A DNA stretch of 61,936 nucleotides, filler included, from Actinomycetota bacterium (GTDB lineage Bacteria; Actinomycetota; Actinomycetes; JAKEEW01): the NCBI GenBank assembly GCA_046725875.1. It is 4 parts of 4 records of this genome, joined end to end, with 100 filler letters (N's around TTAATTAATTAA, not from the genome) between each part and the next. Parts side by side here need not be neighbours in the genome. Positions count along the whole stretch, not along the records: positions 1 to 17,692 come from JBKOZJ010000055.1; 3 more parts are not named here. The stretch is one strand, 5' to 3'. The notes beneath the pieces were generated by a model that searched no databases, had not been told where the DNA came from, and was given only the letters and a program-made list of their open reading frames with translations. Positions 1 through 9,901 of this stretch are shown piece after piece. Within the stretch, counting starts at the first letter, position 1; every line of letters starts with the position of its first letter. Position numbers and translations under genes: made by a program.

Positions 1-498
1 GGCCGTCCGCGCGGATGCGGTCTTCCGCCCGGTGGTCCTCTTCGCGGTGGTCCGCTTGGTGGCCGGACGCCGCGCGGCGGCCTTCTTCGCCGTGCTCCTA
101 CGTGCCGTCGTCCGCCTCGCGGTCGTCTTGCGGGCGGATGCAGCCGCGGTCCGCTTTGCTGCAGTTCGCTTCGCAGTCGTGCGCTTGGCGGTCGTCTTGC
201 GGGCGGTGGTCTTGCGTGCTGCCGCCGGCCGAGCCGTGCTCTTTCGCGCGGTCGTTCCCCGCGCCGTGCTCTTTCGCGCGGTCGTCTTCTTGGCGGTCGT
301 GCGCTTGGTCGCCGGCCGGCGGGTTGTCGTCTTACTCGCCGTCGTGCGCTTCGCGGCTGCTTTCCGCGCGGTGGTGGCCTTACGTGGTGTGGTGCGTTTG
401 GTAGCCACCTTCCTGACCGTCCGCTTCGCCGCAGCGGTCGTACGTTTGGCCGCCGGTCGACCTGTGGAGCGCTTTGCCGCGGTCTTCTTCGCGGGCAC
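1..498 (-). CDS. Histone H1-like Lys/Arg/Ala/Thr-rich basic protein (runs off window edge)
   Basis: Not in ORF track. GTG at 498 follows an AGGGAGG RBS. The open frame reads MPAKKTAAKRSTGRPAAKRTTAAAKRTVRKVATKRTT... with repeated (K/R)(K/R)TTA pentapeptides and no acidic residue in 166 codons. Confidence 0.85.
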   Translation of the reverse strand, partial: MPAKKTAAKRSTGRPAAKRTTAAAKRTVRKVATKRTTPRKATTARKAAAKRTTASKTTTRRPATKRTTAKKTTARKSTARGTTARKSTARPAAARKTTARKTTAKRTTAKRTAAKRTAAASARKTTARRTTARRSTAKKAAARRPATKRTTAKRTTGRKTASARTA

Positions 499-611
499 AG
501 GTGCCTCCCTAACGGATCAGTTCGGTCTCTCGTGCCGAACTTGTTTCCAAAAGCACAATCCCACTGAAAGGCGCTTTGTAACCACCCGTTCGTCAAATTC
601 CGTCCCGCAAT

Positions 612-2078
612 TCACCCGTCCGCCATACTGACGGCGTCACTCGTAACTGCCGAGCGCACTTCACGTTGCCGAACGGCGTGCTCATTCGTTCGTTCGTCGT
701 ACTGCCAGAAACGCGGCAACGCGGCGGCCAATCCGCCGACCGACGCGATGCACATCAACCCGCCGGAGACAATTGACGTGCGTACGCCGGACAACGCGGC
801 GACTCCGCCCGCTCGGGCTTGGCCGAGCAACGGACCGGACGTATAGCTAAGAAGCTCGATTCCGGCGAGCCGGCCGCGATACTGGTCCGGAATCGTCTGG
901 TTCCACATCGTGCTCCGGAATAGGCCGCTAACCATGTCGGCGCCCCCCGCCACAGCAAGGAAGAGCAGCACCAGCCAGACGTTGTCGACGAGCCCCGCCG
1001 CGGCAATCGCGGCACCCCAACCGATCGCCGCGTAGGCGATTGCTCGGCCATGCCGGTGTATTCGCCCGGTCCAGCCGCTGGTGAGCGTCGCGCACAACGA
1101 TCCCACCGAGATGGCCGCATAGAGCATGCCTAGCACCCACGGCGCGTCAAGGTCGTCGGCGAGGAATGGGTAGAGCGAGATCGGCATCGCGAAGAGCATC
1201 GCGGCCATGTCCACGACGTAGGTACCTACCAGCTCCTGGCGGCTCCCGGCATAGCGGATCCCGTCGACGATCCCGCGCAGGCTCGGCCGGTCTGCGTCCG
1301 GCGGCGGCGGGACCCTGCGCATCATCGACAGCGCCAGGAGGCAGACAAGAAAGGTCGCGACGTCGATGGTGTATGCAACCGCAAGCGGTGTAGTGACTAC
1401 GAGGACGCCGCCCACGACGGGCCCGAGAATCGATCCCGCCTGCCATCTGAACGAGGAGACGGCGGCCGCCGCCGCAAGTTGGTCGTGCCGAACAATCCGC
1501 GGGATCAGGGCTTCGAGCGAGGGTCGCTGGAGCCCGTCGAGCGCGCTGACCAATCCGACGACGAGATAGAGCGGCCACAACAGCGGCTTCGCGAGCAGTG
1601 AGTTGACAAGGAGCACGCAGACGAGCAGACACATGCCAGCCTCGCAAGCGAGCACCATCCTCCGGCGGTCGACGACGTCGGCGAGCGCGCCGCCCCACAG
1701 GCCGAAGCCGATGAGTAGCGCCAGTTCGGCGACGCCGAGCAGCCCGACGGCGACGTAGGATCCGGTGAGCTCCTTGACTTGGTACGGGATCGCCACGAAC
1801 GTGATGAAGCTGCCGAACATAGAGACTGCTCCGCCTCCGATGAGCAGGCGGAAGTCGCGGCTTGAGCACAGCGGCGCGATATCAACGGCAATGTGGCGGG
1901 CAAGGACTGCGAGTCTGGGCCGGTGGGCCGGTCGTACCTCAGTCTCGGCTGCGTCTGGTCGTACACCTTCCTTGGGGGGCGCCAGCGGGCGGTCAGGTAG
2001 TACCCGGCCGAGCTGAGGTTGGGGGTGGTCAGGCACGATGCGCGACGGTATGTCGCACCGCGAGTGATCGCCAGTCAT
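612..2078 (-). CDS. MFS transporter (EntS/MFS_3-like); true start probably downstream of 2078
   Basis: About 12 hydrophobic helices, motif A-like GALADVVDRRR, and RSTMWNQTIPDQYRGR...GPLLG typical of EntS-like exporters. Confidence 0.85.
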   Translation of the reverse strand: MTGDHSRCDIPSRIVPDHPQPQLGRVLPDRPLAPPKEGVRPDAAETEVRPAHRPRLAVLARHIAVDIAPLCSSRDFRLLIGGGAVSMFGSFITFVAIPYQVKELTGSYVAVGLLGVAELALLIGFGLWGGALADVVDRRRMVLACEAGMCLLVCVLLVNSLLAKPLLWPLYLVVGLVSALDGLQRPSLEALIPRIVRHDQLAAAAAVSSFRWQAGSILGPVVGGVLVVTTPLAVAYTIDVATFLVCLLALSMMRRVPPPPDADRPSLRGIVDGIRYAGSRQELVGTYVVDMAAMLFAMPISLYPFLADDLDAPWVLGMLYAAISVGSLCATLTSGWTGRIHRHGRAIAYAAIGWGAAIAAAGLVDNVWLVLLFLAVAGGADMVSGLFRSTMWNQTIPDQYRGRLAGIELLSYTSGPLLGQARAGGVAALSGVRTSIVSGGLMCIASVGGLAAALPRFWQYDERTNEHAVRQREVRSAVTSDAVSMADG

Positions 2079-2141
2079 TTAATCGAGCAGACGGCACGCT
2101 CATTTCGAGTCGGCCAGCGAGCGTATCACCGAGCGGCCGGC

Positions 2142-2810
2142 CTACCAGTCGGGGCGGGCGGGCGGGCCGGCGATCACGTCGAGGAAGCGGGCGAGCCTGC
2201 CCTGCGCCCGGCGGATGCGGCCTGGCTGGTCACTGGCCGCTACCGGCACGACATGCTGGCCGACGTTGAAGGTCAGCGGGTAGCCGGACACGGTCAGGGC
2301 GGGCCCGGGCCGCGCCGCGCGCCCCGACTCGTCCTCGCTCGCGCTGTCGGGCCCCCGGTCGGGCGGGAGCACGAGAGCATCGTGCGCGAGATCGCCAAGC
2401 TCGCGATCGCCGGTGTCCATCGTGAAGACCGTCGCGCCGACCTTGCGCGCATCGGCAATCCGCTCGAGCAGCGCCGCCGGTGCGACCTCCTCGGTGACGA
2501 CCATCAGCGTCTCGCCGCGCCGAGCCGCCTCGAGCCGGTCGAGGGACACCGCAAGATGCGCCGGCGCGTCCTGCGGCACCGACCAGCGGATCAGCGTCGC
2601 CTCCAGCTCCGGCAGCCCGGAATAGCGGGCCTCGTCGGCGAGGTGTGCCGTGAAGTGCCACGGTTCATAGCCCGGGGTGCCTACCACGAGAAGATCGCCG
2701 GATCGGCGGGCCGCGGACCGTCGCAGCGAGCCGGCGAACTCCCGCACGCGGTCGACGTGACCGGTCGGCGCGAGCGTTTCGAGGAGCAGCCGGGCCCGAG
2801 CGAGATCCAT
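2142..2810 (-). CDS. Conserved actinobacterial hypothetical protein (SIS-like fold possible)
   Basis: GC-rich codon usage; LLVVGTPGYEPWHFTAHLADEAR segment looks like a conserved domain; ATG at 2810. Confidence 0.7.
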   Translation of the reverse strand: MDLARARLLLETLAPTGHVDRVREFAGSLRRSAARRSGDLLVVGTPGYEPWHFTAHLADEARYSGLPELEATLIRWSVPQDAPAHLAVSLDRLEAARRGETLMVVTEEVAPAALLERIADARKVGATVFTMDTGDRELGDLAHDALVLPPDRGPDSASEDESGRAARPGPALTVSGYPLTFNVGQHVVPVAASDQPGRIRRAQGRLARFLDVIAGPPARPDW

Positions 2811-3020
2811 GCGACCATCTTGCCGGTAGAACCGTTGGCTCCCAAAGTCGGCGGGTCCAGCTGCCATGAACCGCGCCTACGCTGGGGACCCATACAGACC
2901 GTAACCAGCCACCGAGACCGGGCGTTGGCCACCTGAGCAGGGCCAATCTTCAAGATGTCCGGACAGCGACCGAAACTGGTGGCAAGCTTGCCGCTAACGG
3001 ACTGTGAAGTCTGGGGTGCC

Positions 3021-5207
3021 ATGAGTAGTGCTCAGCCGGAGCAGTTGCGTCGAATCCTCGACGAGCTGGCCGACGCGATCATCGCCACCGACCGGCTCTG
3101 CCGGGTGACGGTGTGGAGCCGGCGCGCCGAGGCACTCTTCGGCTGGAGCGAGCACGACGCTCTGGGGCGAACGCTTGTCGGGCTCGGCCTGGCGCCCGAT
3201 GGTTCCGACGGCGTCCGGATGACCGAGCAGGCCGCCGCCGGTAGCCCGTGGGACGGTACCTATCCGGTGAGCACAAAGTCCGGCGAGATCATCTACGTGC
3301 GGTTCCGCGCGACCCCTCTCTGGGAGGACGACGGCACGGTCGCCGGCATCGCCATCTTGTGCCGTAATTCAATGCAGCAGACCGTACAGCACGAGCGGTC
3401 CGCCGCCCGGATCGCGCTCCTCTCGAATGCCGGCACCGCACTGGGCGGCTCGCTCGATCTGCGCAGGACACTGAAGGACCTAGGTGCGCTGTTCGTGCCC
3501 GCGTTCGCCGACCACTGCATCATCGACCTATTCGACGACGACGGTGTACTGCGCCGGCTGGGCGTGGAGGACCCGCCCGGCTTCGAAGACCTCGACGCAT
3601 GGCTGAGGGACGGCGAGGTCGTCGAGTATCCGTCCGGACACCTGTGCGCGCAGGCGATGAGTTCCGGTCGCCCGCTGCTCCGGCATGTGTCCGAGGACGG
3701 CATGTCTGAGGTCGCGGGGACCGAGCGGATCGCCGAGATCTATCGGCGGCTAGGCGTCAAATCGATGATTGCCATGCCGCTGCCACGCGCGGAGCAAGTC
3801 AGCCAGCTCACGGACGACGGGCGCGCCGTGAGCGGTGTTGTCACCCTGCTCCGATCGGCGAACAGCACGCAGTATGAGCAGGAGGATGTCGACCTTGTCG
3901 AGGCGGTCGGCCAGCGCGCCGGCCTCGCCCTCGACAACGCCTGGCTCTACAACCATCAGGTGCAGACCGTCGAGACGTTGCAAGAGAGCCTGCTGCCGAA
4001 GGACCCGCCGGCCCGCGACGGCATCCGCATCGGCGTGCAATACCGGCCAAGCGCAAAGGCGCGCGTGGGGGGTGACTTCTACGATGTGGTCGAGCTGTCC
4101 TCCGGCCGAGTCGGCCTCGTCATCGGAGACGTGCAGGGCCGCGGCGCCGGAGCCGCCGTCATCATGGGCCAGTTGCGCGCTTCGCTGCGCGCATTTGCCC
4201 TGCAGGACATGGAACCCGTGCGGCTCCTCGGCTTGATGGATGACGCGGTCCGGCACCTCGGCGAGGAGCTCTTCGTCACCCTCACCTACGCGGTCTTTGA
4301 CCCGTTCACCAAAGAGTGCCGGATCGCAAACGCCGGCCATCCACCGCCGCTGTGGGTCAGGCACGTCTGCAAGCCGGCATATGAGGTGCCCCCGAACGTG
4401 CCGCTCGGCATCGGCGGCTTCAACTTCTCCGAGGCTGTGGTGACGCTCAAGCCGGGCGACTCGCTCCTCTTCTACACCGACGGTGTGGTGGAGCGGCGCG
4501 GGGTCTCGTGGGACGCCGGCCTCGAGCGGGTCAACCTCACGCTTGGCCAACTCGCCGGCCGGGGCCTCGGTCCACAGGAACTTGCCAACGCGCTTATGGA
4601 TGCGATCCCCGGAAGCGCGCTCGACGACGCCGCGGTCCTCGCCGTACAGGCGACCGACGATGACCTCCCCTACACGTCCTACAGTCTGCCGCTCGTCGCC
4701 ACGGCCGTGGGCCATGCCCGCCGCCATACCCGTGACACGCTGTCGGCCTGGAAGCTCGACGAGGACGTTGACCTCGCCGAGCTGCTCGTGTCCGAGCTGG
4801 TGACCAACGCCCTCCGGCATGCCATCGAGCAGAAGGTAGTGGTGTCGCCGGCCGACCTATGGCCGGACGCGCAGCCGTCGCGGCGGGCGGGCGGGCGGAA
4901 AAACGGCCGCATTCCAATGGGGCTGCGGCGCGGCTCTGGCTCGCTCTGGATAGAGGTGCACGACTTCGACGTCCGGCTGCCCCGGATGGCCCCGCTGGAT
5001 AGCAGCGCGGAGGCCGGTCGCGGCCTTGTGCTGGTGGATGCGCTGGCGAAGCGCTGGGGTGCCCGGCCAACCGCCGACGGCAAGGTCGTCTGGGTTGAGC
5101 TGGAGCCGTCCCGCGGCGCGAACGGCCGACCGGTCACCTTATCGGCCGACCGGCCCGGCGCGACCCGGCGCGACCCAGCTTTCCGCGGCACCTTCACTCG
5201 ACCCTAG
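3021..5207 (+). CDS. PAS-GAF-SpoIIE(PP2C)-HATPase_c signalling protein
   Basis: PAS (WSRRAEALFGWS), GAF (AGLALDNA), PP2C motifs (VGGDFYD, IGDVQGRG, FYTDGVVE, DDAAVL) and anti-sigma kinase-like domain (ELVTNA, GRGL, GKVVW). Confidence 0.92.
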   Translation: MSSAQPEQLRRILDELADAIIATDRLCRVTVWSRRAEALFGWSEHDALGRTLVGLGLAPDGSDGVRMTEQAAAGSPWDGTYPVSTKSGEIIYVRFRATPLWEDDGTVAGIAILCRNSMQQTVQHERSAARIALLSNAGTALGGSLDLRRTLKDLGALFVPAFADHCIIDLFDDDGVLRRLGVEDPPGFEDLDAWLRDGEVVEYPSGHLCAQAMSSGRPLLRHVSEDGMSEVAGTERIAEIYRRLGVKSMIAMPLPRAEQVSQLTDDGRAVSGVVTLLRSANSTQYEQEDVDLVEAVGQRAGLALDNAWLYNHQVQTVETLQESLLPKDPPARDGIRIGVQYRPSAKARVGGDFYDVVELSSGRVGLVIGDVQGRGAGAAVIMGQLRASLRAFALQDMEPVRLLGLMDDAVRHLGEELFVTLTYAVFDPFTKECRIANAGHPPPLWVRHVCKPAYEVPPNVPLGIGGFNFSEAVVTLKPGDSLLFYTDGVVERRGVSWDAGLERVNLTLGQLAGRGLGPQELANALMDAIPGSALDDAAVLAVQATDDDLPYTSYSLPLVATAVGHARRHTRDTLSAWKLDEDVDLAELLVSELVTNALRHAIEQKVVVSPADLWPDAQPSRRAGGRKNGRIPMGLRRGSGSLWIEVHDFDVRLPRMAPLDSSAEAGRGLVLVDALAKRWGARPTADGKVVWVELEPSRGANGRPVTLSADRPGATRRDPAFRGTFTRP

Positions 5208-5272
5208 GGCGAGCGCACCCCAGCCGAGCGTGTCGAGCGAAGGTGCCCTCCAACCGAGATCCGCAAGGTGTG

Positions 5273-6115
5273 TTAGTGGTAGCTGTGCTCATCGGACGGG
5301 TATGTGCCGGCCGTCACCTCGTCGGCGAACTCGCGCACTGCATCAGCGAGCACGCTACCTACATCCGCGTACCGCTTGACGAACTTCGGGCCGGGCGGCG
5401 GCGTTAGGCCGGCCATGTCCTGCCACACGAGCACCTGCGCGTCGCAGTCGGGGCCGGCGCCGATGCCGATCGTCGGGATGGCGAGGGACGCGGTGACCCG
5501 GGCGGCGAGCTCAGCCGGGACCACCTCGAGAACGAGCGCGAACGCCCCCGCTTCCTGCAGCGCTTTGGCGTCTTGTACGAGCCGCTCGCCGGCCTCGCCG
5601 CGGCCCTGCACCCGATAGCCGCCGAGTACGTTGACCGACTGCGGCGTCAGGCCGAGATGCGCCATGACCGGAATGCCTGCCGAGACCAGTGCCTCGACTT
5701 GGGGCAGCACCCGGCTGCCGCCTTCGAGCTTGACCGCTTGCGCGAAGCCCTCCTTCATGAACCGGGCAGCCTCGTCCAGCGCTTGTGCCGGCGACGCCTG
5801 GTAGGAAGCGAAGGGCATGTCCGCGACCACCATCGCGCGCTTGGTCGCGACGCTTACCGCGCGGACCAGTGGTACGAGTTCGTCCATGGTGACCGGAATC
5901 GTGGTGTCATATCCGTAGACCACATTGGCGGCACTATCCCCGACGAGCAGGACGGGAATCCCCGCCTCGTCGAAGATTCGCGCAGTCAGCGCGTCATAGG
6001 ACGTGAGCATCGGCCACCGCTCGCCCCGTCGCTTTGCGGCCGCGACGTCGCGAACCGTGACCCGCCGACCGGGGTCGCCGCCGTACAGCGTCCCGGGCCG
6101 TGCTGAAGCAGGCAT
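5273..6115 (-). CDS. panB: 3-methyl-2-oxobutanoate hydroxymethyltransferase
   Basis: [36 protein letters not shown] and IGIGAG motifs; ATG at 6115 lies 8 nt after GGGAG. Confidence 0.97.
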   Translation of the reverse strand: MPASARPGTLYGGDPGRRVTVRDVAAAKRRGERWPMLTSYDALTARIFDEAGIPVLLVGDSAANVVYGYDTTIPVTMDELVPLVRAVSVATKRAMVVADMPFASYQASPAQALDEAARFMKEGFAQAVKLEGGSRVLPQVEALVSAGIPVMAHLGLTPQSVNVLGGYRVQGRGEAGERLVQDAKALQEAGAFALVLEVVPAELAARVTASLAIPTIGIGAGPDCDAQVLVWQDMAGLTPPPGPKFVKRYADVGSVLADAVREFADEVTAGTYPSDEHSYH

Positions 6116-6128
6116 GATGTGATCTCCC

Positions 6129-6159
6129 ATCTCGAGGCGCCACGGTGGCGTCCCCGGAT
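6129..6159 (-). promoter_or_regulatory. Leader hairpin with two bulged A's abutting the panB RBS (pan RNA motif-like)
   Basis: Minus strand AUCCGGGG(A)CGCCA-CCG-UGGCGCCUCG(A)GAU folds into one stem with one bulged A on each strand. Confidence 0.55.
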
Positions 6160-6208
6160 TAGATCAATCGTGCCATGGCAGCGCGCGCGGGCGGAAACGT
6201 CTCTCGAG

Positions 6209-7195
6209 TCACAACGCGCGCAGGCGGGGGAGTACGTCAGCGCCGACCATCCTGATAGCGGCCATCGGATCGAGGCTCGCCACCTGGATGGATACGTACC
6301 GCGCGCGGATGTCGGTGATCAGCGGTTGGTACGCATCCACAAGCGCATCCGGTCCGTCGACAATCGTGTACTTGCCTAGAATGTCGGCCCGGTCCATCGC
6401 GTGGGCCCGCTCCCGGAGGATTGCGGGATCGGTCACCGAGTCACGCCCGGGCGCCCGCAGCCCGCACATGGAGCCGAGCGCTCGCCACGCCTCATCCTCG
6501 TCGGATGCGAGCACGACCCACCGCGTCGTCGCGATCGGCGGATCGGGCCGGCCACCGGCCGCCGCGGCACTAGTGAAGGGCTCGATCACCCGCTCCAGCG
6601 TCTCCTTCGGGTCCTTCACGCTGGTGAGTAGCCCGTCGGCGTGCGATCCGGCGAACGCGGCCGCCTTTGGTCCACCCGCCGCCATATAGACAGGTACCGG
6701 CCGAAGCGGCGGGCTATAGAGCTTCGCTGCTGACGTTGAGTAATAACGCCCGGAGAAGTCAACCTTCTCTCCGGCCAGTAGCCGGTGGATGATCTCGAGC
6801 GCCTCGTCCATCCGAGCCAGCCGCTCGGCGAAGCCAGGGAACGTGAAGCCGAGCTGCGTTTCGTTGATCGCCTCGCCCGTTCCCACGCCGAGAATGAACC
6901 GACCGTCGGATAGCCGGTCCACGGTCGCTGCCGCCTGCGCAATCAGCGCCGGGTGGTAGCGGAAGAGCGGGCTTGTCACGGACGTGGCAAGCTCGACGCT
7001 CTTGGTGCGGGCCGCCACCGAGCCAAACCACCCCCATACGAAGCCGGCCGCGCCGGCATCATCGACCCACGCCGTGAAATGGTCGGACGCGAGGACGAGG
7101 TCGAAGCCCACCTCCTCCGCGAGGACCGCCTGCTCGACCAGATCCTCCGGCTGGTAGGACTCGTGGCTGCACAGCCACCCGAACTTGGTCGCCAC
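6209..7195 (-). CDS. LLM-class F420-dependent oxidoreductase (FGD/G6PDH-like family)
   Basis: SHE, SDHF, TSVTSPLFRYHPA, GVGTGEAINE and AAGGPKAA motifs; GTG start after GGGAG. Confidence 0.9.
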   Translation of the reverse strand: MATKFGWLCSHESYQPEDLVEQAVLAEEVGFDLVLASDHFTAWVDDAGAAGFVWGWFGSVAARTKSVELATSVTSPLFRYHPALIAQAAATVDRLSDGRFILGVGTGEAINETQLGFTFPGFAERLARMDEALEIIHRLLAGEKVDFSGRYYSTSAAKLYSPPLRPVPVYMAAGGPKAAAFAGSHADGLLTSVKDPKETLERVIEPFTSAAAAGGRPDPPIATTRWVVLASDEDEAWRALGSMCGLRAPGRDSVTDPAILRERAHAMDRADILGKYTIVDGPDALVDAYQPLITDIRARYVSIQVASLDPMAAIRMVGADVLPRLRAL

Positions 7196-7345
7196 GGAGT
7201 ACTCCCGGTTTCGGGCTGACAGGGGCGCCTTCCCCCCGCAGCACTCTTCCACGGCCGAGTCGGCGGGGGCCATACCCGAAGGGATTGCTTTCCGGATCGG
7301 CCCCGACCTGGGCCGCACATGGCTGAACTTTTGCCAAGAATTTAA

Positions 7346-7418
7346 ATACGAACCCGTTGCGTATCGAAATGAGGGAGGGGTAGCGTGGCCCGGTAACGAA
7401 ACGAGACCGATCTGTATC
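7346..7418. promoter_or_regulatory. Two putative TetR operators upstream of the DHA2 MFS gene
   Basis: ATACG-N9-CGTAT (7346-7364) and AAACG-N9-TGTAT (7399-7417) share spacing and lie in an AT-rich promoter region of the MFS-tetR operon. Confidence 0.6.
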
Positions 7419-7438
7419 GGATCCGAGGAGGAAGATTC

Positions 7439-9028
7439 TTGACCGCGGAAGTCCAAGCACAGCAGACCGGCCATCCACGCCGCTGGGCGATCCTCCCGGT
7501 CCTGGTGGTCAGCCTGCTCGTCGTCGTCCTTGACAACACCGTCCTCAACGTCGCACTGAAGACGATCCAGGATGATCTAGGAGCCTCGCAGAGCGAGCTC
7601 GAATGGTCCATCAACTCGTACACCCTGGTCTTTGCGGGACTGCTGTTCACCTTCGGTCTGCTCGGGGACCGGTTCGGTCGCAAGCGGGTCCTACTCGCCG
7701 GCCTGATCCTCTTCGGGTTGTCGTCAGCGCTTTCGGCGTATGCGCAGACCCCTGGGCAGCTGATCGGGGCGCGGGCGATCATGGGAGTCGGGGGCGCCGC
7801 GATCATGCCGGTCACCCTCGCGATCATCCAGAACATATTTCCGCCGAACGAGCGCGGCCGGGCGATCGGTATCTGGGCCGGTGCAGTGGGCATCGGCGTC
7901 GTGCTCGGCCCGGTTCTCGGCGGCGGGCTGCTCGACCACTTCTGGTGGGGCTCCGTCTTTCTGATCAACGTCCCGGTCGTCGCCATCGGTGCCGCCTTGG
8001 TTGCCGCGATCGTGCCGGAGACCCGGAACCCGAACCCAGGCAGGCTCGATCCGACGGGCGTGCTGCTCTCGATCGCCGGTTTGGTGCTGCTCGTCTACGG
8101 CATCATCAAGGGCGGCGAGCTGGGCACCGTCGCGGACGTAGCGGTGCTCGGGCCGGCGCTCGCCGGGCTCGCGCTTCTGGCGTTCTTCGTGTGGTACGAG
8201 TGGCGCAGCGACCACCCGGCCCTCGACGTGCGGCTGTTCCAGAACCGGCAGGCGTCGGTGTCGGTGGCCGCCCTCTCGCTCATCTTCTTCGCGATGATGG
8301 GTTCGTTGTTCTTCATGACCTTCTATCTGCAGAGCGTCCGCGGCTACTCGCCGTTCGAGGCCGGGCTGTGGTTCCTGCCGTTCGCGGCCGGGCAGATGGT
8401 CTTTGCGCCGCTGTCGGCGCGGCTGGTCAACCAATTCGGTATCCGCGCCGTCTCCACGTTCGGTCTGGCCTTGCTGACGCTCTCGCTCGCCGCGTTCCTG
8501 CTCATGGACGTCGACAGTCCAATGTGGTATTTCGGCCTGGTCGGTGTGATCCAGGGAGCGGGAGCAGGCAGCGTCATGCCTCCAGCGACGACCGCCATCC
8601 TGGCGGCCTTGCCGAGGGAGCGGGCCGGCGTCGGTTCGGCCGTACAAAACACCATGCGCCAGGTCGGCGGTGCACTGGGGGTCGCCATCCTCGGATCGGT
8701 CCTCGCGGCGCAGTATCGCGACCAGATCACGCCACACCTGTCCGCACTGCCGGACCAGGCGCAGCAGGCGGCCGGTGAGTCGATCGGTGCGACATTGGGG
8801 GCCGCAGCTCAGGCCGGCCCGCAGGCAGTCGCGCAGATCCAGGGACCGGCGTTCGACGCCTTCATCCACGCGATGCATGTCACCGTTTCCGTCGCGAGCG
8901 TGGTCGCGTTGGCGGCCACGATGCTCGCCTTCCGCTTCCTCCCGAGCATGCGTCCGGCGCAGGCGGCGCCCGCCGAGGTTTCGGCCGAGCAGCGACAAGA
9001 GGCAGTAGAAGCCGTTCCAGGCGGCTAG
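7439..9028 (+). CDS. DHA2 (EmrB/QacA) family MFS efflux transporter
   Basis: LDNTVLNVAL, GLLGDRFGRKR, GPVLGG and WGSVFLINVP motifs; 14-TM pattern; TTG start after GAGGAGG. Confidence 0.93.
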   Translation: MTAEVQAQQTGHPRRWAILPVLVVSLLVVVLDNTVLNVALKTIQDDLGASQSELEWSINSYTLVFAGLLFTFGLLGDRFGRKRVLLAGLILFGLSSALSAYAQTPGQLIGARAIMGVGGAAIMPVTLAIIQNIFPPNERGRAIGIWAGAVGIGVVLGPVLGGGLLDHFWWGSVFLINVPVVAIGAALVAAIVPETRNPNPGRLDPTGVLLSIAGLVLLVYGIIKGGELGTVADVAVLGPALAGLALLAFFVWYEWRSDHPALDVRLFQNRQASVSVAALSLIFFAMMGSLFFMTFYLQSVRGYSPFEAGLWFLPFAAGQMVFAPLSARLVNQFGIRAVSTFGLALLTLSLAAFLLMDVDSPMWYFGLVGVIQGAGAGSVMPPATTAILAALPRERAGVGSAVQNTMRQVGGALGVAILGSVLAAQYRDQITPHLSALPDQAQQAAGESIGATLGAAAQAGPQAVAQIQGPAFDAFIHAMHVTVSVASVVALAATMLAFRFLPSMRPAQAAPAEVSAEQRQEAVEAVPGG

Positions 9029-9039
9029 GTTCGGGAATC

Positions 9040-9666
9040 ATGACGGATGTGCAGGATCTCGACGCGCCGGCGCCCCCACGTCCGGGGCGCCCGCGCAGCG
9101 AGCAGGCCGAGCGGGCCATCATCGAGGCCACGCTCGACCTGCTCATCGAGGAGGGCCTCGATGGCATGTCGATCGAGCAGGTGGCGGGGCGGGCGGGCGT
9201 CGGTAAGGCGACGATCTACCGGCGCTGGCCGAACAAAGAGGCGCTGATCGTCGACGCCGCGGCGTCGTTGAGGGAGCCCCTGCCGGAGCTACGCGGCCGG
9301 TCGATCCGGGAGGACCTGCGGATCCTGGCTGATGCGATGGTGGCGGAGAAACAGTCGGCCCGCAACCGTGATCTGTACACATGCTTCGTCGCGGAGGGGC
9401 GTCGCCATCCAGAGTTGGCGCGGAAGTTCCAGGAGCGGGTGCTCGAGCCCCGCCGTGAGTTCATGCGGAGCTTCCTGCGCGCCGCGGTCGCCCGTGGCGA
9501 GCTCCGGGACGATGTCGACATCGACGCGATGGTCATCGCGGTCACCGGGCCGTTCCTGTACCTGTCGATGGCCGGAGCCCATTACAAATTCGCCGAAGGC
9601 CGGCTCGAGGACGTGACCGACCATCTGGTCGACACGATCCTCGACGGCCTCCGCGGCCCCCGTTAA
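9040..9666 (+). CDS. TetR/AcrR family transcriptional regulator
   Basis: GRPRS...SIEQVAGRAGVGKATIYRRWPNK helix-turn-helix. Confidence 0.95.
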   Translation: MTDVQDLDAPAPPRPGRPRSEQAERAIIEATLDLLIEEGLDGMSIEQVAGRAGVGKATIYRRWPNKEALIVDAAASLREPLPELRGRSIREDLRILADAMVAEKQSARNRDLYTCFVAEGRRHPELARKFQERVLEPRREFMRSFLRAAVARGELRDDVDIDAMVIAVTGPFLYLSMAGAHYKFAEGRLEDVTDHLVDTILDGLRGPR

Positions 9667-9690
9667 CCCCACCTCCCCACTTTCTTTGGC

Positions 9691-9901
9691 ATGAATGTGC
9701 CGTTGGCTCGTTAGGTTCGAGCGAATGGCACATTCATCTCGGCCGGTTCCGATACAACGGCACATTCATCCACGGTCAGGTAGGGCGCGCTTCGGGAACC
9801 GACCTGAGCGCAGTGCTTGGCAATGAATGTGCCGTTCGCTCGAAAGGCACCAAGATGAATGGGCCGTTGAGCCGATAGGTTCGAGCCAACGGCACATTCA
9901 T
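9691..9901. repeat. Composite palindromic (REP/BIME/MITE-like) element
   Basis: Six copies of ATGAATGTGCCGTT or its complement at 9691(F), 9724(R), 9756(R), 9823(F), 9855(F) and 9888(R), forming two mirror-image 79-bp arms around a 53-bp core. Confidence 0.85.

Noticed and set aside
32..631. Hydrophobic V/R/L/A-repeat ORF on the plus strand
   Set aside because: Antisense shadow of the histone-like gene, which has the RBS and a sensible composition.
9691..9901. CRISPR array interpretation of the regularly spaced repeats
   Set aside because: Units are 14 bp, alternate in orientation, have ~18-bp related spacers, and no cas genes are present.
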